DNA of 63,633 nt, the filler included, from Octopus bimaculoides (Eukaryota), in the NCBI RefSeq assembly GCF_001194135.2. It is 7 parts of 7 records of this genome, joined end to end, with 100 filler letters (N's around TTAATTAATTAA, not from the genome) between each part and the next. Parts side by side here need not be neighbours in the genome. Positions count along the whole stretch, not along the records: positions 1 to 18,689 come from NC_069001.1; 6 more parts are not named here. The stretch is one strand, 5' to 3'. A model generated the notes under the pieces. It saw only the letters and a program-made list of their open reading frames with translations, was not told the DNA's origin and did not search any database. Position numbers and translations under genes: made by a program. This document shows, one piece after another, positions 1 to 13,617 of the stretch; position 1 is the first letter of the stretch, and each line of letters begins with the position of its first letter.

Positions 1-21
1 ATACACACACACATATATATA

Positions 22-420
22 GGTGCAGGAGTGACTGTGAGGTAAGATGTTTGCTTTCCATCCACATGGTTCCAGGTTCAGTCCCACTGCGTGACACCTT
101 GGGAAAGTGTCTTCTACTATAGCCTCAGACCGACCAATACCTTGTGAGTGGATTTGGTTGAGGGAAACTGAAAGAAACCGCCGTATACATACATATGTGT
201 GGGTGTGTCTGTATGAGTACGTCAGTATTTATGTATCTGTGTTTGTCCCCCACCACGATCGCTTGTTCGTGTGTTTACGTCCCCGGAACTTAGCGGTTCG
301 GCAATAGGGTCTGATAGAATAATTACTAGGCTTACAAAGAATAAGTCCTGGGGTCGATTAGTTCGACTAAAGGCGGTGTTCCAGCATGACCGCAGTGAAA
401 TGACTGAGACAAGTAGAAGA
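22..420 (+). mobile_element. tRNA-derived SINE, family A (internal microsatellite)
   Basis: A-box-like GTGACTGTGAGG, B-box-like GGTTCAGTCCC, then the body (gacaccttgggaaagtgtcttctactatagcctc ... aaatgactgagacaagtagaaga) that recurs about 10 times in the window. Confidence 0.85.
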
Positions 421-454
421 AAAAAGAAAAACGAAAAACGAAAAAATACATACA

Positions 455-626
455 CACACATGCATGCATACATACATGCATATACATACATACATACATA
501 CATACNNNNNNNNNNACATACACACACATGCATGCATACATACATGCATATACATACATACATACATACATACATACATACATGCATGCATACATACATA
601 CATACATGCATACATACATACATACA
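455..626. repeat. (CATA)n microsatellite with 10-N gap
   Basis: Directly visible. Confidence 0.95.
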
Positions 627-627
627 T

Positions 628-1970
628 TCACCTGGCCTCTCCCAACTCCTGTTCACTCTCGACATTAAATCTCTGTACACGGTTATCCCCCACAACGAAG
701 GCTTTCCTGTGCTAAAACTCTTCCTTGACCGTCGGCCAAACCCTCAACCTGACACCTCCACACTTCTTCGTTTGGCCGAACCTGTCCTCTCCCTCAACTT
801 CTTCTCGTTTGCAGGGGAGTTTTATCAACAGATTTCTCAAGAGTGGCCATGAGAACGAGAATGGGCCCCAACTAAGCGAACCCGTTCATTGGTTATGCTG
901 AGACCCAAATATTCTCTCAGTTCACTGGTCCCACTCCTGAACTTTACGTTCGTTATATCAATGACAATATCGGCGCGACCTCAGTTTCCCGTGAACATCT
1001 TGGCTCCTTCCTCTCTTTTGCGCAATCCTTCCATCTTGCCCTCGAATTCTCCTGCCCTGTCTCTAACTCTTCCGTCGAATTTCTCGATATTTCTCTCAGT
1101 ATGCTCCACTCCATTCTCACTACTTCCATCCACTACAATCACATAGACTTACACTCCTACATTAACGTCTCCTCCTCTCACCCTACACACACCAAGTTCT
1201 CCATCTCCTACTCCCAATTACTCCATCTACGTCGACTCTGTAGTGACGACCGTGACTTTGAGACCTAGTCTCAATTCATGATTCGCCACTTCACCACTAC
1301 TTGGATATCCGCTCACTATTATCCACACAGCCCTTTCCCGGGCACGGTCAACAGACCGTGCATCTGCTCTTTCTCCTTGCACCCACATCACCTTTACCAG
1401 TCACCCGTTTCCCCTCACCTACCACACCTCTTCTCTATACCTAAAATGCACCATCCTCCGAGCCGTCCGGCGACTGCAGTCCGAACTCCCCACCTCACAC
1501 ATCTTCCCTAACCCACCCCTTCCCTCCTTCAAACGAACCCATGACCTGCGTGACCTGGTCCACAGTTACTTTCCTACCTCAGCCTCTCAACCTGGCTTCT
1601 TCTCCTCTTATTCACGCTGTCACCCCTACACCTGCCTCTCCAAAACCACAATCATCACAGGCACCCACAACCATCCCTACCACATCAGTAATGTTAACAA
1701 CTGAATCTCCTGCTCTCTCTGTTGCACCCTGTACATTGGTCAAACGGGATGCCACTTGGTTGACCGGTTCGCTGAGCACCTCCCAAACATCAGACTCGGC
1801 AATGACACCTCGGTTGCGTGCAATTTCCGCTCTACCGGTCATTCGCTACAAAATCTTTCTGTGTTCGGACTATCTCTGCACAGGGACTCTTACCTTCGCA
1901 GTGAACAGGATTTAATCTTGTTTCATTCCTTTGCGCGTTTTGGGCTCAACTCGCCACCTCTCTTCATTTG
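628..1970 (+). pseudogene. Penelope-like RT + GIY-YIG endonuclease remnant (Neptune-type), 5'-truncated
   Basis: Frames read LFTLDIKSLYTVIPHNEG, GVAMRTRMGPN*ANPF, LYVRYIND (YIDD mutated, 954-965), VEFLDI, then CSLCCTLYIGQTGCHLVDRFAEHL. Stops and frameshifts present. Confidence 0.9.
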
Positions 1971-3551
<1,581 letters not shown>

Positions 3552-6147
3552 TAAAATATATTATTGAATTAAGTTTGTTAATCTACTAGGCGTAAGTATT
3601 CATTATTGCCATAACAACATAACAACTTCTTCCGCAAATACACATGAAGGTGTTTAAAATTTGATAGATTCTCCCATTTTTCAACAGAGTTATTTTACCC
3701 ACTATTATGTTTATTAATATGATTTTGTTCTATGTGACCATTTATAATGTCAATAGGAAAATTTATAATACTATCGGTATTTTAAAACGTATCCCAGCAA
3801 TAATGATATTTGATACTACTTTGACGAGTGTTTGTATGATGCTCTTCCATGATAACGAGAACGTATTTTTTTTTATCAAAACGACCAGCAGCAATGGCTA
3901 CAAGAAGAACTCGTAAAATAACAACAGCAACAGTAACAAAAACTCCAAGTAACAATAGCAGCAACAGTAGTAACAACAACAACGGTGACAGCAACAACAA
4001 AAGCAACAGTGGCAGCTTTGATAATAACAAGAATATTGACGAAGACAAAGTAACTGGTAGTGATTTCACGGGTAGGCAATATTTTGCAGGCATGGCGACA
4101 AAATCAACACAATAAATCTCGCTCTTCCTCTACGACAAGGAAGCATATCTGGCACGAGCGAAACAGCCTGTAAAGCGAAGGGGAAAGGGGGTGCATGTAA
4201 CCATTCCTGACGTTGGCTTTAAGGAAAGATGTCTTTAGTTGGAAAGAGCCTTAAAAAATATAAACTGATATAGATCACGTAACCAGGTCAAAGTATTTGA
4301 AGAGCGAAGCCCTCACGCTAAAGCAATGACAGGTAGCTAAGTTTGGATGTGACAGATATCGGCGAAACAAGGATTTTGACCAATGTCTGAATATTCTCTT
4401 GCAGAGGAAGATGGTGTGGGAAAGAAGTGCAGTGATCCTGTCTATTTGTTGAAAGAATATTGAGAGTTAATGAATTTAATTCCAGCCATAGATAGGATTA
4501 CTATTTTAGTATTGGCTGTTTATTAGCAGAGAAAGTAGAGCATCGGAAAAAATTCCTGGAACATTTTTGCCAATGTGGCTTTCATGCTTTCGAGATAAAC
4601 TATATAAAATACCAGAATACATTGGTATCAATATAATCTGCATAGCTCCTATTTTAAATATTGTTGGGTTTTTTTTGTCTAAAATTAGAAACATTTATTA
4701 TTACTCTTACAGTGTTAGAAGTGTATAATGGTGAGAGGATCAGACAAATTTCATTGACGTAGTGAAGCGCTCAGTGTCTCCCGAAGTCGCATCTCATCCT
4801 TTTGAGATCAATAAAATAAAGAGTGAGGGTAGAACAAGAGATAACTATTACTGAATGTTCCCTCTTAAAATGTCTGGAGTGTTTCCTGTGTAAGAAATCA
4901 ATATTGGTGTTATTATTACACTTTAAATTTCTAATTAAATTTAAGTTTAAAAAAAAGTTACTGAAGTGAGATTTCTGATTCTATCTGAGCAATTACTAGA
5001 AAATACTGATTTAAAGGGTGATAAAAAAAAGTACACAAAACAAAGAATGAATGTTGAAAATCTGTGTCCAGTATTTTACAAGAATTTCAATAATTCTCAA
5101 CATGAAACTGATTGCGACATTATGACCTAAGCACACAGTTGCTCTTCTAATTTCTTTATGCTCATCGTTTCTTTTGTCACTTCTTTCGTTTTATTCTCGC
5201 TTCAATTAATTTTGGGAAATGGAAATAATTGGAAATTAAAATGATTATAATTGGTGTTATTTTTTATCCAAGATTTTCAGCTTTAATTTTCTTGTATTAG
5301 TTTTTGTTTCCTCGTTTACGTTTCTATTAATTCCATTTTCTCCAGGTTTCATTGAAAAATCCATATATTTTTACGAATCATGTCCACCTTTACAATTTCA
5401 TTTTAGTCAATGCTTATTACAGGTTCATTCTCCATTATTTAGCATTCTGTAGGTTCCAGTTCCAGTTACTAGTTTTGTATATATTTCCTGTTTTAAATTC
5501 AACCCCATCGTATGAGAACTACTTCACATTTTACCGTGTTCCAATGAAACATGATTCATGAATGATAAAATTATGTGAGACTCCTATATCAATGATTGTA
5601 AACACAAAGACAACTAAGTTGATACCGAATTATTACTAAGTAATGATATAAAATATGAATAGTTTGCATAAATCTACAAAACTTATTTTAAAGATGTATA
5701 GGCAGTACGCAAGTTCTAATATTATACCCAAGATATACAACGAATATTAAGTTTGGCAAAAATTGAGTATAATTTTCACAACATATATGCACTATCAACT
5801 AAACATTGGGAGCAGACAAAGTGACATAAAGATTGCATGACTACACAAATTACCCAACAAGGACTGTGAACACACGGTATAATTGATTCATTCAAACAAT
5901 GATTAAAATCAATCTTTGTTTACATGTTCTTGGGAAACGGTTTGCATTTTAGTCCCACATAACATTCGATTTGCTGATTCCTTCTCTATTGGATAATATT
6001 TCAAATTATTGAATGGATCGAGACTTCAATGTACAAATAATTTCCAGCTGCATGTTAGCACAATATGGTTCTTTCCTAGTTTCTTGCACGATAAATTACA
6101 GCAGGGGACTTTCCAAGGAATATACCATTAAAGACACGCAAATGTTT

Positions 6148-6153
6148 ATGTGT

Positions 6154-6214
<61 letters not shown>

Positions 6215-6385
6215 CACATATGTATATATATACATATATATGTATGCATGTATGTATGCATGTATCTATATGTATATATTCACATGTATATACGCAAATA
6301 TAAATATAAAGAAACAGGTAGTGAGATGCATACATATATACGAATATTTATAGACATGTATATGTATTTATATATAATCTAATGG

Positions 6386-6456
<71 letters not shown>
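6148..6456. repeat. (CA)n/(TA)n/(TATG)n microsatellite cluster
   Basis: Directly visible. Confidence 0.9.
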
Positions 6457-6457
<1 letters not shown>

Positions 6458-6875
6458 TACAAAATACATACACTATTACTGTTTACTGATAGACAATTAA
6501 TTTAAACGGAAAAGCAATCATATATATTAAGTAACGTTATTCCACTCACCACGGCCGTGAGATATTACTCGTCATCTTTTGTTTATAAACAACATCTTTT
6601 GTTAAACAATTGCCTGACCTTAAAACGTTGGTGTTTTGATTATTTTGTAATTTATTTCATATCCAATTTTGTATTAATAGGTCTTAATTTTGTTCTGATT
6701 GATGTCACCGTGAACACTGCACACATGGAGACACATACGTGCGCGCACACACACAAGCGCGTACACACATACCCACACATACACACACACACACACACAC
6801 AAACACACACATCACACCACATACAAATGACACAAACCCGACGTATTAATGTTTACGTTTATGTAAAATACAAAT

Positions 6876-7170
6876 CAGTGTTTCTCAACTAATTTTACGT
6901 ATGAACTTTTCCGATCCTATTTTTATCGGGTCGACCCTCATAGCAATTCGATGTTTAAAAAATCCTATTATAGTTTTAGAATTAAATAGTATTAGGAATT
7001 ATATAAAATAGTATTAGGAATTATATAAAATAGTATTAGGAATTATATAAAATAGTATTAGGAATTATATAAAATATTGTGTTTTGTAGAAATATAGCCA
7101 ATTTATTGGACATAAGTGTTAACAGCACAGTTATATATGAACCCCTAAGGATTCCGGTTGAGAACCTGTG
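6876..7170. mobile_element. hAT-type MITE (Charlie/MER5-like ends) containing a 22-bp x4 tandem repeat
   Basis: Left end CAGTGTTTCTCAAC, right end GTTGAGAACCTGTG; 8-bp flanks atacaaat / atatcaat (6/8 match) fit a decayed hAT TSD. Confidence 0.6.
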
Positions 7171-7614
7171 ATATCAATAGAATACTTGAATACTGAACTG
7201 AAGGATCATTCGATACTTTTTTAGTAGAGCAACATATTTATTAAATGCATGAAGGGATTTCTGATAGTGCTGTCGAAGATTGGTCTGGCTATTTATTATC
7301 AAGCAGTCAAAAGACGTATGGTAAGCCGCAACTTCGAATCTAACGCCAACATTTTCCTTCTTTAAAATCTATCGACGAAAGTCTCTCTCTCTCCCCCCTA
7401 TCTCTACACAACGCTTACTCAAACACATATACATAGTTATATATATATATATATATATGTATAATTCAAATAATAAAAAGACAAAAGAGTTTTTTAACAC
7501 ATCTTTAATGATTCATTACAATTGTTTCTGTACCAACTCTACACGCAAAACAATAAATAAAAGTGTGGGATGATAAAGTGGGGGTAGAGAATATGTAAAG
7601 GGGTGGAATCAAGA

Positions 7615-7985
7615 AGAAGGATACGAAGAGGAAGAAAAAGGAGAAGAAAGAGAAGAAGAAAAGGAGGGAAAAGATGCAAAAGAAGACGTAAGTGAGGGAG
7701 AAGAAGAGGAAGAAGTAGGCAAAGTAGATTAAAAAGAAGAAAGAGGAGGAGGAAGAAACAAGGAGCTAAACAAAGAGGCGAAAATGAAGGAGAAGAAAAG
7801 GAAGAAGTAAATGAAGTAGAAGACGAAGAAGAAGAAGATTAAGAAGAAGAAGAAGAAGAAGAGGACGAAGAAAAAGAAGAAAAAGAAGAAGAAGAAGAAG
7901 AAGAAGAAGAAGAAGAAGAAGAAGAAGAAGAAGAAGAAGAGAAAGAAGAAGAAAAAAATAATAATAAGAAGAAGAAGAAGAAGGA
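7615..7985. repeat. (GAA)n-rich purine tract
   Basis: Directly visible. Confidence 0.9.
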
Positions 7986-8514
7986 GAACTAGAAGCTAAA
8001 TATTTCTCTTTGATCAACGGATGATTGCTTTCCTACCATTCATTTCCGGTTTATTCCACTTCCCGAACAATATATTTTCATAATTTATAATTTTTCATAT
8101 TTCACTGGGTTCTCTATGATTTTCTAAGTAACTGTTATTTTTTCATCTTACATATTTCCTTTATTCGTTATTTTTTAAAGTTTCAAACGGAGTTTATTAT
8201 ATATTAAACTCTTATCTCGACTTAACCAACGATTTATATATACACCCACACTTATAAAGGTTTAGCAACATACTGCAGAAATATTTACTTTATGCTATTA
8301 TTTTTTATTTTCGCCGAGCCGACACGCTTAATCTTAGTTTATCTAATTTTTTATTTTGTAAATCCTGTTAAACTGAATACATTATAAAATCAACGTAATC
8401 ATATTCAACTTCAGTCTCCTATATAGGGTTTTATCTATTTAAGTATTTATTCTCAGGCTACATATTTTATGTATTTAACCAAATCTGGTCTAATTTACAT
8501 AATTTATAATTCTT

Positions 8515-8646
8515 CTGACCGCTCTTTAATTAAACTCTAAATTCCTTATTTCTGCTTTAACTCTTTAGGGCACAACCACTCCTATTAGATTTCCCTTTCT
8601 TTTTCTTTTTGCATCTCTTTTCCCTTGCCTGCACACTCTAAGGTCA
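8515..8646. repeat. 132-bp dispersed repeat, copy 1
   Basis: ctgaccgctctttaattaaactctaaa ... cacactctaaggtca; aligns end to end with 11870-12001. Confidence 0.85.
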
Positions 8647-8684
8647 TAAAATAGGTCTCCTAGCTGGGAGGCTAGCAAGTAATT

Positions 8685-8810
8685 ATTTTATCGAACGTAG
8701 AAGGATAAAATGCAAATTTGACTTCAGTGGAATTTAAACTCAGAGTGTAACGCCGGACGACATGCTTGCTAAGCATCTTGTCCAGCATGGTAACGATTGT
8801 TAGCTCACCA
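8685..8810 (-). mobile_element. tRNA-derived SINE family B, degenerate
   Basis: Reverse complement of gagtttaaattccactgaagtcaaatttgcattttatccttc matches the family B B-box/core. Confidence 0.6.
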
Positions 8811-9246
8811 CAATAATAATGAAAAGAATTCAAAGCCAAAACACTGAACATTGGAAGACTAATTTCATCCCGTAAAGGATACGGGATAACAGTTTCAATA
8901 TGTAAGCTATTGTTCAACGCACCAATAAAAGTCTGTATTTAAATAGTTCGGTTTGAAATACGACCTTATTTTATCTCGGAAAACATTTGATCGTATGTGT
9001 TCATATATGTCGTATATATGCCTATGCCACAATTTATTTCTATACGTAAATAGACTGGCTAGAGGTAATAATTTGAAATGATAAAGAAAAGAATATTGAT
9101 GTAATTTTTATATATAAACTTGCACTTTAATGATTAGGCTGATAGATACACAAAAGGATGAGAAAAGAAGTTTTAAATATGACTATATGTAATTGCATGT
9201 ATGTGTATATATTTATACATACATACATACATACGTACGTACATAT

Positions 9247-9313
9247 TTTGGGATCTGATGATACGCCGTAAACCTAAGCGCTTCATGGACGTGAAATCCA
9301 GGGTAATCCCATA
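9247..9313 (+). ncRNA. Type I hammerhead ribozyme motif upstream of PLE ORF
   Basis: Stem I TGGGAT(9249-54)/ATCCCA(9306-11); CTGATGA 9255-61; GAAA 9293-96; GTA triplet 9303-05. Confidence 0.75.
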
Positions 9314-9464
9314 AATCGGCCTTATCTAACTTTATTTACATAATATACTGCTCTATAACTCAGAGTATGCTTCGTTTTCGGATTTATGTTTTGCGGACGA
9401 TCCATCTCGCTCCTTGACCAGAGTATTTTACAAAGACTACATGGTTCGTGTTAAATAACTGAAT

Positions 9465-10842
9465 ATGGAACGTTTTGACCTCGGCTACTCCTCTAAGAAT
9501 ATACCTACACAATCTAATGAGCTGTACATTCGAATGCTACTTAACAAAATGATGCACGCAACAGGGTGAATGAGACGGAAAACCTTCTACTACGACCTAA
9601 CTACGCCATTCTCGGAGAGCAACACCTATGGAGTCAAATCTAGGAAACACCCACACAAGATCAATGACATCCAGCCATTCAAAGCGGTCTTACTAGGCAT
9701 CATTCTCAAGTTAAAATTCTGTAAGTGCTCTTGTTCCTCCCAATGCAAAGCTCCGTGCCGACATTAGATTGCTAACAAAACACGGATAGGTCTCTAATCT
9801 CAGATAAGACTAAAAACCTATATATGATAGACATCCTTAATTACGATAGGCTGCTAGAAAACAATATTACACAGAATTATAGGCGCGCTTCCCCACACAC
9901 ATACAGCATCAACAGTGAAGCCAAGCAATTAGTGAACGACTTAGATATATCTGATAGGGAAGAGATCTTAGATAAAAAGAACGCCTTTATTACCACCAAA
10001 GATCGTAAACCAAACTTTGCCTCAAACTTTAAATGCCGCCTGATTAATCGGACCAAATTAGAAATCCGTCTAGCGAGCAAGTATATATTGAGAGCCACCA
10101 ACCTTTCCCTACTGGGTAGCACCAACGAGGTGATTGCATTGTTTAATACCAACAAGGGCGAAAGGTAGAGTGAGGTTCACCCAGTTTGTTATAGTCGATT
10201 TTTACCCGTCTACATCAAAAGGGATACTGACCAAGGTGCTTTCCTACGCTAGGGGCTTCACTGACGTTAGCGACAGGGATATAGATGTCATTATGCACGC
10301 CTGTAGAAACAATGCTGTCCAAGAAAGATTCGGACTGGGTCAATCAGTCCGACCCCTTGGGCTCTTTTGACATAACTCCTACGACAGCGTTGATATATGT
10401 GACCTCATCGGGTTGTATATCCTTGATACCCCTAAGAAGAAGTTCCACTCTATCCTCTTTGGATTCTAAAGAGATGACGTCCTGGCTATCTCTAGAGGAG
10501 CAAACAGCACATCCTGGAAAGATCTTAGGAAAGATCTAATTAGCACACTTGTCTCCACGGTACTGAAAATTGCCCTCGACACCAATCTCACCATCGCAGA
10601 CTTCTTAGACGTCAGGCTGGACTTGGGCTCCGGTACATACAGACCCTACAGCAATCCAAATGAGAGGCTATCGTGCATCAGCACAGCTTCCTGTATTCAG
10701 AAACTTGATGAAGGGTGCTAGCAAGAAGATCACGAACCTTTCCTCCAGCCAAGAGATTTTTGATGCAGCAGCCCCCTACTATAACGAGGCTCTAGCTGCT
10801 AGCGTATTTAGGGACCGAACCTCCTATATGCCAGGCCCCTAA
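9465..10842 (+). pseudogene. Penelope-like RT remnant (second PLE family; clade uncertain, resembles Nematis-type)
   Basis: MERFDLGYSSKNIPTQSNELY...G*MRRKTFYYD; YGVKSRKHP; AFITTKDRKPNFASNFKCRLINRTKLEI; FTQFVIVDFYPS; ADFLDVRLDLGSGTYRPYSNPN; LSSSQEIFDAAAPYYNEALAAS. Many lesions, no endonuclease retained. Confidence 0.85.
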
Positions 10843-11369
10843 TTGTTATAAGATATCATGCCCGAAATGAGTTCTCCCAACTAATTACATTTTTAGGAGT
10901 TAAAACTGAGTTTGACAGCAATCTATTACAGTTCTTATTAAGTTTTCTTCTATTCGACACTGCTATTACGTGTGCGTGGTTTGGGGTATAAGTGTGCGAA
11001 CATTTACCTGCTCAAGAATTAAACATTTGGTCGTGAATCTGTTGTAGGAGAAGTTTCCCTTTAATGAATTTACACAATATTTTTTGCAGATATTTTCACC
11101 TGTTCGGGAAGCAGATGATTATAACATGAAACTATTTCCTTTTTGCGTTTCTTTTTTTCTAATTCTAGATTTACTTAAATGTATCGAAATCAATATAACA
11201 AATTATCTTAGCAATTATTTTATAAGAGATTTTCTTTCTGATTTTGTATAGTTTCAAAAATAATTACTTGGTTAAATCAAATCACACAATTTATTTCCTT
11301 GGGATTATCAGTGAAATCAAAATTGTTTGCACGTTCACAATTCCAGTAGTAATAACGATAATCCTTAAA

Positions 11370-11587
11370 AGCGGCGAGCTGGCAGAAACGTCAGCACGCC
11401 GGTCGAAATGCTTAACGCTATTTCGTCTGCCTTTACGTTCTGAGTTCAAATTCCACCGAAGACGACTTTGCCTTTCATCCTTTCGTGGTCGATAAATTAA
11501 GTACCAGCTGCGTACTGGAATCGATAAAATAGACTGGCCTCCTCCCCCGAAACTTCGGGCCTTGTGCCGAGATTAGAAAAGAATAAT
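11370..11587 (+). mobile_element. SINE family B
   Basis: gcggcgagctggcagaaacg (A box) ... gagttcaaattcc (B box) ... gactttgcctttcatcctttcgtggtcgataaattaagtaccag. Confidence 0.85.
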
Positions 11588-11593
11588 ATTAAT

Positions 11594-11800
11594 CCTTTTA
11601 ACTAAAGGCACACGGCCTGAAAAGTCGATTACATCGACCCCAGTGTTTCTCTGGTACTTAATTTATTGACCCTGAAATGATAAAAGGCATAGTCGACTTT
11701 GGCGGAATTTGAACTCAGAACGGGAAGACAGACGTAATAGCGCTAAGCATTTCCCCCCCCCCCCACGGCATGCTAATGATTCTGCCAGCTTGCCGCCTTA
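11594..11800 (-). mobile_element. SINE family B
   Basis: Reverse complement of the same motifs; tail-to-tail with the previous copy. Confidence 0.85.
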
Positions 11801-11869
11801 ATAATAATAATAATAATTATAATAATAATAATTATAATAATAATGGTGATGATGATGATGATAATTCCC

Positions 11870-12001
11870 CTGACTACTTTTTAATTAAACTCTAAATTCT
11901 TAATTTCTGCTTTAACTCTTGAGGGCACAACCACCCCTATTAGATTTCCCCCTCTTTTTCTTTTTGCATCACTTTTCCCTTGCCAACACACTCTAAGGTC
12001 A
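11870..12001. repeat. 132-bp dispersed repeat, copy 2
   Basis: Direct repeat of 8515-8646 with the same boundaries. Confidence 0.85.
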
Positions 12002-12416
12002 CCAGGATGCAACTAATAATGGTCCTCTTTTACCCTAGTATTTGGTTCTTCATCCTGGTTCAAGCTTTGAAATCTTTTATAATCATTATCTGCATGGTTC
12101 ACTTACTAGTAATATTTTTCATGCTTTTTCCGTAGTGACACTACCATTTGTTTAAGCTTAATAATATTAGTTACAAATATTTACTTGATTCACATATTAA
12201 TCTGATGTCAAGTATATAGGCTATTTTATCATTATGACCACTGCTCAAAGGTTGAACTGAATTTTTTTAGTTTCTCTCCAATGTTATATGAATAAACACG
12301 ATAGATATTTTCATTATAACGTTTTATGGCTTTTGTAGATGTATTTCTTCTATAATTTAAATTAATTCGGTTACGAAATTCGAAAACACTTTTCCTCTTT
12401 TGATACATATAACCAC

Positions 12417-12587
12417 GAGGTGCCAAATAGAAAATATAAGCATTTCCGGCATTTGCTTCTTTTCGTTTTCAATCAGGTTTCCAAACTGCTAAAGCTCCTC
12501 GAGATACATTTTTGATGTGTACGGAGAAAGCGCTATTACTGAAAGAACTGCACACATATTGTTTCCACGCGTCCAGGAGAGGAAATT
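12417..12587 (+). pseudogene. mariner transposase, N-terminal part
   Basis: Reads (frameshifted) CQIEK-KHFRHLLLFVFNQ ... DVYGESAITERTA, a mariner helix-turn-helix start. Confidence 0.7.
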
Positions 12588-12591
12588 AGCT

Positions 12592-13614
12592 GGAGGTGTA
12601 GGACATGGACCGCACCCGCTTTTGATTTTTTTTTTTTTTCACAGAAACTGACCTTTGCGAGATTTGGAATATGCCAAAAATTCGGCATTTCAAAATATAA
12701 ATTCCACCTCCATGCCCAGTTTTTAAGTAGGCTGCAACCGGAAAGTTCGACAAGCTAGAAACAACAGCCAAACCGAAGATCAACTTTCTNNNNNNNNNNN
12801 NNNNNNNNNNNNNNNNNNNNNNNNNNNNNNNNNNNNNNNNNNNNNNNNNNNNNNNNNNNNNNNNNNNNNNNNNNNNNNNNNNNNNNNNNNNNNNNNNNNN
12901 NNNNNNNNNNNNNNNNNNNNNNNNNNNNNNNNNNNNNNNNNNNNNNNNNNNNNNNNNNNNNNNNNNNNNNNNNNNNNNNNNNNNNNNNNNNNNNNNNNNN
13001 NNNNNNNNNNNNNNNNNNNNNNNNNNNNNNNNNNNNNNNNNNNNNNNNNNNNNNNNNNNNNNNNNNNNNNNNNNNNNNNNNNNNNNNNNNNNNNNNNNNN
13101 NNNNNNNNNNNNNNNNNNNNNNNNNNNNNNNNNNNNNNNNNNNNNNNNNNNNNNNNNNNNNNNNNNNNNNNNNNNNNNNNNNNNNNNNNNNNNNNNNNNN
13201 NNNNNNNNNNNNNNNNNNNNNNNNNNNNNNNNNNNNNNNNNNNNNNNNNNNNNNNNNNNNNNNNNNNNNNNNNNNNNNNNNNNNNNNNNNNNNNNNNNNN
13301 NNNNNNNNNNNNNNNNNNNNNNNNNNNNNNNNNNNNNNNNNNNNNNNNNNNNNNNNNNNGTCCCTCTAGGTGAGCTCTGGGGGATATATTCCTGGAGAGG
13401 GCGGTGAGATCACGAATAACCCACTTCCTCGAAGATAACAATCTACTGAACCCTTGAGAAAAGTGAAAAATGAAGGAATTGGGGGCGGAGGTGGAATGTA
13501 AATTTTAAAATGCCAATCTTTTTGCATATTCGAAAACTCCATAGTTGAAAAAGAGAGTTTCTGTAAAAAAAAAAAAAAAGGTGAAAGGGGTTGTGTTCCA
13601 TGTCCCTTACCTCC
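12592..13614. mobile_element. Long-TIR non-autonomous DNA element nested in the mariner (contains a gap)
   Basis: 12592-12711 and 13487-13614 are imperfect inverted repeats (ggaggt..ggacatgga..T-run..acagaaact..gaatatgc..ggcatt..ttccacctcc). No clean TSD. Confidence 0.75.
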
Positions 13615-13617
13615 GTC

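Noticed and set aside
3849-4115. 88-aa N/S/T-rich ORF
   Set aside because: Driven by decayed (AAC/AGC)n; no domain, no splice context.
9567-9569. In-frame TGA in the PLE ORF as possible selenocysteine/read-through
   Set aside because: It falls where Arg is expected (R-M-R-W-K motif), consistent with CGA>TGA decay; the ORF has many other lesions and no SECIS was identified.
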